NCBI GenBank assembly: GCA_045119955.1
Contig: JBGVEG010000162.1
Location: forward strand, 17 to 64,016
Direction of reading: 5' to 3'
DNA: 64,000 nucleotides
Source: Paludibacteraceae bacterium
GTDB lineage: Bacteria; Bacteroidota; Bacteroidia; Bacteroidales; Paludibacteraceae
Shown: positions 56,770 to 64,000 of the stretch, piece after piece
Numbering within the stretch: position 1 is the first letter of the stretch
Layout: the number at the start of each line of letters is the position of its first letter
The notes under the pieces: model-generated
What the model was told of the DNA's origin: nothing
What the model saw: the letters and a program-made list of their open reading frames with translations, nothing else
Databases searched by the model: none
Made by a program: the position numbers and the translations under genes

Positions 56770-57864
56770 TTAGTCATTTACTTGTGTACGACATTTAGTA
56801 CGCACATACATTGCTACAATATACAACAAAGCGATGAGCAATAATGGGAGAATATCGCCAACAGGTGTAAGAGATCCCCAATAGTAATGACGACCATTAT
56901 AATTATAAAATCCTTCACCACTAGCAATAGCCGCTAAATACCATTCTTTCCAATCATCAAATGACGGAGCTTCGCCCATGCCTGAATTCCAATAACCTGC
57001 AATAAAAGCATCATAAACGTTTCTTAAAGAACCATCATCAAAATAGAAATCACCATTTTCATCTCGATAAGCACCACCATTCGAAATAGCCCAAGTGTCA
57101 AACCATACCCACCACAAATCATCAAAACCTTGTGCATTCTGTCTTCCGCGGACACCCATACGACCGCCACCACCGAACATGCCTGTATATTGACCATAGT
57201 TAGCAGAGCCAGAATAATCCATTGCTGTATAACCGCCATAGAAACCATTGCTCATACCCGCATTTGCAGCATTCGTCATAGCCATCACAGGATTCTCGGC
57301 TGCCATCTGAGCTAAGTTCTCACCCGCAGCAACAGTCATATCGCTACGACGAGCAGTGCTATAAGCGATAGGTGAGATACCTACCCCTGCCCCTCCCAGG
57401 GAAGGGGTTGATAAACCAGAATTGGATCGGCCATTGGACATAGCACCGCCACCCATAGCACCACCATTGCCACCGCCACCATAGCTATGGAAGGTCTGGC
57501 TGGATGTGGTGTAGAGACCTTGACTGCTCCCCGCACCACCAGAGGTTAAAGGTGAAAGGTTAGAGGTTAAAGGCATGGAGTTCACACCATATGATATTGT
57601 GTATGCGCCCGCGTATGAAGGAGCAGCACTATGACGCATAGTACGAGAGGGCGACAAGGTCATCACCCCACCATCATTAGAAGGTCCTGCAAAGGTCGCA
57701 TTCGTATATGCCGCACCATTATTAGAATAAGCAGGTGCTTCACCATAGGTGTCGTGGATATTCCAACCTAATTTCTCATCATTCGCCGTCTGCAACCAAA
57801 TAATTCCACCGCACAACACTGCTACCAGGACAACGGCAATAAATACATTTACGTTTCTTTTCAT
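56770..57864 (-). CDS. Gly/Ser/Ala-rich protein (364 aa) with a TM segment at each end and a Trp/Tyr-rich C-terminal domain
   Basis: N-terminal TM VNVFIAVVLVAVLCGGIIWL, a ~200-aa low-complexity region, an aromatic domain (FDDLWWVWFDTWAISNGG...), then TPVGD + ILPLLLIALLYIVAMYV + RTKCR at the C-terminus. It lies 20 nt upstream of the 817-aa gene. Confidence 0.65.
   Translation of the reverse strand: MKRNVNVFIAVVLVAVLCGGIIWLQTANDEKLGWNIHDTYGEAPAYSNNGAAYTNATFAGPSNDGGVMTLSPSRTMRHSAAPSYAGAYTISYGVNSMPLTSNLSPLTSGGAGSSQGLYTTSSQTFHSYGGGGNGGAMGGGAMSNGRSNSGLSTPSLGGAGVGISPIAYSTARRSDMTVAAGENLAQMAAENPVMAMTNAANAGMSNGFYGGYTAMDYSGSANYGQYTGMFGGGGRMGVRGRQNAQGFDDLWWVWFDTWAISNGGAYRDENGDFYFDDGSLRNVYDAFIAGYWNSGMGEAPSFDDWKEWYLAAIASGEGFYNYNGRHYYWGSLTPVGDILPLLLIALLYIVAMYVRTKCRTQVND
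57544..57574. repeat. GGTTAAA heptamer array inside the 364-aa CDS
   Basis: ggttaaa ggtgaaa ggttaga ggttaaa ggc. Read on the minus strand it encodes PLTSNLSPLTSGG. Confidence 0.75.
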
Positions 57865-58277
57865 CTTACTTTTTTAAAATTCTTATATCTTATCAAACAA
57901 ACTATTATTCAATCATTTACCACACTCATCATCTGAACCTTGTTTGACCGATAACCGAATCCCTAAGAAACGATATGTACATAACAAAGCGCAGACCTCG
58001 AGTTGCCTATTCGCAGTTCGAGGCCTTCGCATTGCCCACCTAATAAATAAACAACAGGAAACCTACGCTGATATGACGATACAATACACCCAGAACGGCG
58101 TATCGTACTATGAGTCATACCCATAGGCATCTACTGTTACTTTGGTCTTTATTAGGTTTCAAAAGTTGCGAAGTTTCGAACTACAAAACGCAAAGCGCCA
58201 ATAAACGCTATTTTAAATATGTCTAAAATCCACCCTTTTTTACGAAGAGACACTTCCCTCCAGCGTAGATTCGGGTG

Positions 58278-58285
58278 CAAAGGTA
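58278..58285 (-). promoter_or_regulatory. -7 box TACCTTTG, candidate promoter of the 364-aa/817-aa pair
   Basis: CAAAGGTA on the plus strand, ~415 nt upstream of the ATG at 57864. Implies a long leader. Confidence 0.45.
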
Positions 58286-58526
58286 CTACTTTTTTTTGAA
58301 TGTACAAAAGATTCTGCGATTTTTTTGTAAAAAAGTGTCATTTTCGTAATTTTTGTCCTATTATCTTAACAAATGACACTTTTTGAGCCGCTATACGATT
58401 AACAGGACAAGTATTCCGCTGATAATCAAGCAATTACTTAAGCAATCGCCCTATATATAGCATCCATAAGCCGGGAACCGAAGGAGGATTGGCAACCAGA
58501 CGCCGGAAGCCGGGAGCCACACATTA

Positions 58527-58565
58527 CACAGAACAACGGCTGCGGGTCTCGCAGCCGTTGTTCTG
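58527..58565 (-). terminator. Intrinsic terminator of murQ
   Basis: ACAGAACAACGGCTGCG ggtct CGCAGCCGTTGTTCTGT, a perfect 17-bp stem 25 nt past the murQ stop. Confidence 0.8.
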
Positions 58566-58589
58566 TATAGTGTGTAGTGTCAAACAGGC

Positions 58590-59408
58590 TTAGTTCTCTG
58601 CACGGTAGGCATCAACCGCCTTCTTCACACTGCCATGGAGCAGAAGCAGATCTTTAGCCTTATCATACTCCAGACCCAACTCCTCAATAATCATACGTGT
58701 ACCACGGTCCACCAACTTCTTATTGCTGAGCTGCATGTTCACCATCTTATTGCCCTTCACACGCCCCATCTTAATCATCGTGATGGTCGTAATCATGTTA
58801 CAAACCAACTTTTGCGCGGTACCTGATTTCAGACGAGTAGAGCCCGTCAAGAACTCAGGACCTACCATAGGCTCAATAGCAATCTCAGCCACCTGACCCA
58901 CTGGCGAACCAGGGTTGCAAGACACAGATGCGGTCAAACAACCAAACTCGCGCGCGCGCTCGAGCGCGCCTATCACATAAGGTGTCGTACCTGAAGCAGC
59001 AATACCTACCACCGTATCCAAGGTAGTGATATTGTGATCAAGCAACTCCTGCCATGATTTCTCCTGATCGTCCTCCGCGTTCTCCACAGGATTACGCAAC
59101 GCTGTATCACCACCTGCGATAAGACCAATCACAAATGATGGTGGCATACCAAAAGTAGGAGGAATCTCGCTGGCATCCAACACGCCCAAACGGCCACTGG
59201 TACCTGCACCCATATAGAAGATACGACCGCCCTTCTGCATGCGCTCCACAATACCCTCTACCAACTTCTCTATCTGAGGAATACACTCACGGACAGCCAA
59301 AGCTACCTTTTGATCCTCCTCATTCATCTCACGCAACAACTCGCCCACCGACTTCTGATCCAGATTATCGTGCAGCGAGGTTTGCTCAGTTACTTTTACA
59401 AAATCCAT
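58590..59408 (-). CDS. murQ: N-acetylmuramic acid 6-phosphate etherase
   Basis: ORF trimmed to MDFVKVTEQ at 59408, because the upstream gene ends at 59440. SIS domain with GAGTSGRLGVLDASE and GIAASGTTPYV. Confidence 0.9.
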   Translation of the reverse strand: MDFVKVTEQTSLHDNLDQKSVGELLREMNEEDQKVALAVRECIPQIEKLVEGIVERMQKGGRIFYMGAGTSGRLGVLDASEIPPTFGMPPSFVIGLIAGGDTALRNPVENAEDDQEKSWQELLDHNITTLDTVVGIAASGTTPYVIGALERAREFGCLTASVSCNPGSPVGQVAEIAIEPMVGPEFLTGSTRLKSGTAQKLVCNMITTITMIKMGRVKGNKMVNMQLSNKKLVDRGTRMIIEELGLEYDKAKDLLLLHGSVKKAVDAYRAEN

Positions 59409-59439
59409 AATAGACAATTTTTGAGTGGTGAATGGTGAA

Positions 59440-60297
59440 TTACATGGTAGGTACAAGATTCTTCTTGTGGTACTCCTTCAAGCCCTCCATAGGACCTTGG
59501 AGAATCTTACCCACTTGGAAGCCATTGTCCGCCAAAACCTTCTTCAATACATCTTGGTAGTAATAAGCGATTGAACCAATGAAACCAACTGGCAAAGCAG
59601 GATACTGTGGCAAAATACGCTTAGCGAAATAATCAAAGTGGTCGTAAACGAGTTGTGCAATCAATGGATTATCCATATTCTCAGAGCAGAACTTGCTCAA
59701 TGAGGCTAAGTAACGATTAGGGAAAGGTTTACGATACACATTATCAATAATATCAGCTGCAGTCACGCCATATTGTGCTTGAAACTTCTCCTTGAGTTCC
59801 TCACTCAGTTGGTTCTTGAAGAGGTCAGACACGAGGCGCTTGCCGAGCACAGCACCACTACCCTCATCGCCCAAGATAAAACCAAGCGCAGGCACGTTCT
59901 TCTCAATCTCCTTACCGTTCCAAAGGCATGAGTTACCACCTGTACCCAAGATACAAGCTACACCACGCTCCTCGCCCAATACACCACAAGCAGCACCAAC
60001 CATATCTGAGTACACCTCTACCTTGGCAGACTTGAAGATAGTCTCAAGTGCATATGCCACTACAGGACTCTTCTCTGGAGTACAACCCGCTCCGTAGAAA
60101 TAGACATTAGCGATAGTGCCAGCCCACATGGAACGAGCCATCTGAGGAAGCAACTGGTTATTTACACTGTTCTTAATTGCGTCAGAAGTTTGTTGAAATG
60201 GATTGATACCATCCGTAAAAAACTCCTCACAATGGCCGTTAGCCGCCATTAAGCACCAATGGGTCTTTGTAGATCCCGAATCTGCTATTAAAATCAT
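59440..60297 (-). CDS. BadF/BadG/BcrA/BcrD-type sugar kinase (GlcNAc/MurNAc kinase, MurK-like)
   Basis: 285 aa with MILIADSGSTKT (phosphate-1), ILGTGGNS and GDEGSG motifs. Directly upstream of murQ. Confidence 0.75.
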   Translation of the reverse strand: MILIADSGSTKTHWCLMAANGHCEEFFTDGINPFQQTSDAIKNSVNNQLLPQMARSMWAGTIANVYFYGAGCTPEKSPVVAYALETIFKSAKVEVYSDMVGAACGVLGEERGVACILGTGGNSCLWNGKEIEKNVPALGFILGDEGSGAVLGKRLVSDLFKNQLSEELKEKFQAQYGVTAADIIDNVYRKPFPNRYLASLSKFCSENMDNPLIAQLVYDHFDYFAKRILPQYPALPVGFIGSIAYYYQDVLKKVLADNGFQVGKILQGPMEGLKEYHKKNLVPTM

Positions 60298-60380
60298 ATC
60301 ATTAAAATTTATGTTGTTTTCCTATGGTTATTTCCTATGGTTGCTTTCAAACGCACGAACTCCACACCAAAAGCAGTTTG

Positions 60381-60388
60381 CAAAGGTA
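60381..60388 (-). promoter_or_regulatory. -7 box TACCTTTG for the kinase-murQ operon
   Basis: CAAAGGTA on the plus strand, ~85 nt upstream of the ATG at 60297. Confidence 0.55.
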
Positions 60389-60503
60389 CTATTTTTTTTT
60401 CATGCGCGCAAGTGCATATACCCTATTTATGTTGCATAACATATAAAAAGCTTTTTTTTCTCAAAAAAGCACGCAACCGTTTGCAACACTCACAAAAATA
60501 TTG

Positions 60504-60511
60504 TACCTTTG
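60504..60511 (+). promoter_or_regulatory. -7 box TACCTTTG for nagB
   Basis: Exact match ~33 nt upstream of the ATG at 60544, divergent from the box at 60381. Confidence 0.55.
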
Positions 60512-60543
60512 CAGCACGATATATCAAAAAATCTACTAAACAT

Positions 60544-62535
60544 ATGAGAAACAATCTTAGTCAAATGATTTCTCTGAGTAAAATCGAGGAGAAATTGTAT
60601 CGCCCTGCGAACGCGTATGAGCAATCACGCGTTACGCGCATGGAACATGTGCACACCACCATTCACGAGAAACCTCAAGAGGGTATTGCCAGTGTTGCTC
60701 AACGCATTGCCAAAGTCATCCGCGAGCGCGAAGCCAGTGGCAAAATGACTGTATTGTCATTGGCATCTGGTCGCTCCATGCGCGACATCTTCGTGGAACT
60801 CGTGCGTCTGCACAAGGAGGAGGGCTTGAGCTTCAAGCATGTCATCATCTTTGGTTCCTACGAGTTCTATCCACTCAGCGACAAGTCACTGGGTAGCATG
60901 GCACAAATCCAAAGTCAGTTGATCGACCACATAGACATCCTACCTGAGAACGTACACACCTTCCCAGGTGACCTACCTAAAGAGACCGTCTTCACCTTCT
61001 GCGAGGAATATGAGAAAGCGATTGTAGAGGCAGGCGGCATTGACATCCAGGTATTGGGTATCGGTCAATGCGGTAACATCGCCATGAACGAGCCAGGTAC
61101 ACAACCTAACTCATCCACCCGCTTGGTCATCATGGACAACAACTCTCGTGTAGATGCTAAGTCCCTGTTCGGTAACGTAGCACAAGTGCCTACCTGCGCC
61201 ATCACATTGGGTATAGAGACTATCCTCAAAGCCAAAGAGGTGATTCTCGTAGCGTTTGGTCAGCACAAAGCAGGCATCGTGAAACAAGCCATCGAGGAGG
61301 TAGCATCTGCAGAGTGCCCAGCATCGTACTTGCAACTGCATAAGAATGCATCCATCGTACTCGACTTGGAAGCAGCCAACAAGCTCACTCGCATTAATCA
61401 TCCATGGAAGGTGACCAACTGCGAGTGGACAGACCAATTGGTGCGTCGCGCTGTCGTTTGGCTCTGCGAGCAAACCAAGAAACCTATCCTCAAGCTTACA
61501 AACAAGGATTACAACGATTTCGGTCTGAGCGAACTCATTACCAAATATGACTCTGCATACAAGTGCAACATTAAGGTATTCAACGACCTACAACACACCA
61601 TCACTGGCTGGCCAGGCGGTAAGCCAAATGCAGATGACACCAACCGCCCTGAGCGCGCTAATCCATTCCCAAAAGACATCGTAATCTTCTCTCCTCACCC
61701 AGATGATGACGTGATCTCCATGGGTGGCACCTTCCAACGCCTCATCAACCAAGGTCACAACGTGCACGTAGCATACGAGACCAGCGGTTGTATCGCTGTT
61801 TGCGACGAGGAGGTAGTACGCTTCATGGACTTCATGAAGGGTTACAAGCAAATGCTGTTGCCTGAAGACCAAGTGATTGAGAAGAAGTACGATGAGTACA
61901 TGAACTTCTTCAAGAACGAGAAGGTAGGCGACAACGACACCCGCGAGATCCTCAACCTCAAAGCCCTCATCCGCCGCGGCGAGGCTACCGCAGCATGTCG
62001 CTTCATGGGCTTGCCAACCGACCATATCCACTTCCTCAACTTGCCATTCTACGAGACAGGTACCATCAAGAAAGGTCCTCTCTCACAAGCCGATGTGGAC
62101 ATTGTGAAAGCCCTCTTAGAGGAAGTAAAACCACAACAGATCTTCGCCGCAGGCGACTTGGCAGACCCTCACGGTACACACCGTGTATGTCTGGATGCTG
62201 TACTCGCAGCATTGGACGAACTGAAGCACACCGCCGCATGGGACGAGTGGCTCAAGGACTGCCGTATCTGGATGTACCGTGGTGCATGGATGGAGTGGGA
62301 GCTTGACCTCATCGAGATGGCTGTACCAATGTCACCAGAGGAGCTCCGCTCAAAACGTAACTCTATCCTCAAACATGCCAGCCAAATGGAGTCTGCGCCA
62401 TTCATGGGCGATGACGAGCGTCTGTTCTGGCAACGCGCAGAGGACCGCAACCACGACACCGCGAGAATGTACTCCGATCTGGGATTGGCTGAGTATGAGG
62501 CCATAGAGGCGTTTGTGCAATATCATATCTTGTAA
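60544..62535 (+). CDS. nagB: Long-form glucosamine-6-phosphate deaminase (NagB domain fused to a LmbE/PIG-L-like domain, 663 aa)
   Basis: ORF 60337-62535 trimmed to MRNNLSQMIS at 60544. The N-terminal half resembles NagB/6-PGL (LASGRS, GIGQCGNIAMNEPG). The C-terminal half carries SPHPDDDVISMGG (the LmbE HPDD motif). Confidence 0.8.
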   Translation: MRNNLSQMISLSKIEEKLYRPANAYEQSRVTRMEHVHTTIHEKPQEGIASVAQRIAKVIREREASGKMTVLSLASGRSMRDIFVELVRLHKEEGLSFKHVIIFGSYEFYPLSDKSLGSMAQIQSQLIDHIDILPENVHTFPGDLPKETVFTFCEEYEKAIVEAGGIDIQVLGIGQCGNIAMNEPGTQPNSSTRLVIMDNNSRVDAKSLFGNVAQVPTCAITLGIETILKAKEVILVAFGQHKAGIVKQAIEEVASAECPASYLQLHKNASIVLDLEAANKLTRINHPWKVTNCEWTDQLVRRAVVWLCEQTKKPILKLTNKDYNDFGLSELITKYDSAYKCNIKVFNDLQHTITGWPGGKPNADDTNRPERANPFPKDIVIFSPHPDDDVISMGGTFQRLINQGHNVHVAYETSGCIAVCDEEVVRFMDFMKGYKQMLLPEDQVIEKKYDEYMNFFKNEKVGDNDTREILNLKALIRRGEATAACRFMGLPTDHIHFLNLPFYETGTIKKGPLSQADVDIVKALLEEVKPQQIFAAGDLADPHGTHRVCLDAVLAALDELKHTAAWDEWLKDCRIWMYRGAWMEWELDLIEMAVPMSPEELRSKRNSILKHASQMESAPFMGDDERLFWQRAEDRNHDTARMYSDLGLAEYEAIEAFVQYHIL

Positions 62536-62629
62536 TCCGGACGCCGGCTGCCGGTCGCCAGCCCAAAAATGGACGCCGGAAGCCGGCCTTCGAAAAAAAC
62601 TGACAACAACCAATTAATTTATAAACAAT

Positions 62630-64000
62630 ATGAAGAATATCACATGTTTTATTCCTTTCCAAAGCGAGGAACAAGTAAAAGCTACCGTTGCTAACTTGAA
62701 GGCTCAAGAGCTCGTAGCTGACATTCATTTCATCCACGGTGACATCCGCTCTACAGCAAACGTTCGAGAGATCGCTGCTAAGGCCAACACCGAATACACC
62801 TTGATTTACACCAAGTACACCACCCTCTCATTCGTACTCTTCGCTCTCGAGCGTATGGAGGCACTCATCGAGGACACCAAGGCAGCTATGGTTTATGCAG
62901 ACCACTTCAACCAAGTAGGTGAGATTCGCACCAACGCTCCTGTGATTGACTACCAATTGGGTTCTGTTCGCGATGACTTTGAGTTCGGTTCTGTACTCTT
63001 CTATCGCACCAGCGCTGTGAAAGAGGCAGTGGCTCGCATGGATGTAGATTATCAATACGCTGGTCTCTATGACCTCCGCCTCAAAGTTAGCCAAAAGGGC
63101 GCTTTGGAGCATATCAACGAGTACCTCTATTACGATGTAGAGCTCGACAACCGTACCACTGGCGAGAAAAACTTCGACTACGTAGATCCTAAGAACCGTG
63201 GCGTACAAATCGAGATGGAGAAAGCTGTTACCCAACACCTCAAAGATATCAACGGTTACCTCGCTCCTGGCTTCAAGGATGTAGATTTGCTCGGCGGTGG
63301 CTTCGAGTATGAGGCATCTGTGATTATCCCTTGCAAGAACCGCGTTCGTACCATTGGTACCGCTATCAAGAGCGCGCTGAGCCAAGTAGTGAAAGCTCCT
63401 TACAAATACAACGTTATCGTTGTAGATGACAACTCAGAGGACGGCTCTGTAGATGTTATCAAGAGCATCGTTGCTGAGGGTCATGATAACCTCGTGTATA
63501 TCGCTCAAGACAAGACTTGGCACGCTATCGGTGGCAACTGGAACGTAGCGCTCCACCACGAGAAATGCGGTCGCTTCGCTATCCAATTGGACTCTGATGA
63601 TACTTACTACGATGAGAACACCGTACAAAAGTTCATCGATGCATTCCACGAGCAAAACTGCGCAATGGTGGTTGGTACCTACCAATTGACCGACTTCGAC
63701 GGCAATATGATTCCTCCTGGAGTAATCGACCACAAGGAGTGGACACCAGACAACGGTCGCAACAACGCACTCCGTATCCACGGTCTTGGCGCACCACGTG
63801 GTTTCTATACCCCAATGCTCCGCACCATCAACTTCCCAACTACTAAGTATGGTGAGGATTATGCAGTAGGTTTGCGCGTAAGCCGCGAGTATCAAATCGG
63901 TCGTATCTATGACGTAGTGTATAACTGCCGTCGTTGGGATGACAACTCTGATGCTAACTGCGATATCGTGACCATGAACAACAACCACTTGTACAAAGAT
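62630..64000 (+). CDS. Family-2 glycosyltransferase-domain protein, 3' end beyond the window
   Basis: Not in the ORF track because it has no stop in the window. ATG at 62630 (MKNITCFIPFQSEEQV...). It stays in frame for 457 codons to base 64000 (...NNNHLYKD). The GT-A signature is SVIIPCKNR...VIVVDDNSEDGS...QLDSDD. Confidence 0.8.
   Translation, partial: MKNITCFIPFQSEEQVKATVANLKAQELVADIHFIHGDIRSTANVREIAAKANTEYTLIYTKYTTLSFVLFALERMEALIEDTKAAMVYADHFNQVGEIRTNAPVIDYQLGSVRDDFEFGSVLFYRTSAVKEAVARMDVDYQYAGLYDLRLKVSQKGALEHINEYLYYDVELDNRTTGEKNFDYVDPKNRGVQIEMEKAVTQHLKDINGYLAPGFKDVDLLGGGFEYEASVIIPCKNRVRTIGTAIKSALSQVVKAPYKYNVIVVDDNSEDGSVDVIKSIVAEGHDNLVYIAQDKTWHAIGGNWNVALHHEKCGRFAIQLDSDDTYYDENTVQKFIDAFHEQNCAMVVGTYQLTDFDGNMIPPGVIDHKEWTPDNGRNNALRIHGLGAPRGFYTPMLRTINFPTTKYGEDYAVGLRVSREYQIGRIYDVVYNCRRWDDNSDANCDIVTMNNNHLYKD

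Noticed and set aside
57944-58126. A 60-aa ORF in the long leader upstream of the 364-aa gene
   Set aside because: It has no promoter box or recognisable features and lies on the strand opposite to the surrounding transcription. It is probably non-coding leader sequence.
62828-63988. Minus-strand ORFs 62828-63385 (185 aa) and 63434-63988 (184 aa) from the track
   Set aside because: The plus strand carries an uninterrupted 457-codon frame from 62630 with a clear GT-A glycosyltransferase signature. The listed ORFs are its antisense shadows.
1-64000. A search by eye for tRNA/rRNA genes, integrases, transposases and target-site duplications that would define a mobile island around 1-9200
   Set aside because: I found none, so mobility of the accessory region cannot be claimed from this window. 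The only support is the compositional shift at 5986-7789.

Overview
The window looks like a chromosomal segment of a Bacteroidota genome, probably a Prevotella/Segatella-like organism. The clues are -7 promoter boxes of the TAnnTTTG type (usually GTACCTTTGCA), no Shine-Dalgarno sites, a T9SS-type C-terminal sorting domain, and the pdxJ-exbB-exbD-tonB and zapA-rny gene arrangements. I call 49 protein-coding genes, mostly on the minus strand. Two of them run off the window edges and are missing from the ORF track. I recognised no rRNA, tRNA, CRISPR array, transposase or integrase. The housekeeping backbone includes kbl, gdhA, nadC, argS, rny, zapA, pdxJ, nadK, fmt, lgt, secA, murQ and nagB. There are two accessory regions. 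(i) Bases 1-9200 hold three tandem BspA-like LRR genes. They are followed by six co-directional genes: a K-channel-like membrane protein with a degenerate filter, a small acidic ORF, an AT-rich PD-(D/E)XK nuclease, two ORFs I cannot recognise, and an ATP-dependent ligase with a WGR-like tail. The ligase trio is my best candidate for an undescribed repair or defence system. (ii) Bases 44000-58300 hold a cell-surface locus. It contains a 2749-aa T9SS-type giant protein behind a DUF4105/Lnb-like membrane protein. It also contains a separately terminated pair: an 817-aa repeat protein and a 364-aa Gly-rich protein with a membrane segment at each end. The non-coding DNA is unusual. Many spacers consist of tandem 7-nt words, often as imperfect palindromic arms around a GCGGC-NNN-GCCGC hairpin. 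One word family (CCAATNG) is inserted in frame into trmN6 and argS. Two longer dispersed repeat families are also present, a ~105-130-nt rod hairpin and a ~137-nt element. All functional calls come from motif reading by eye; no database search was possible.
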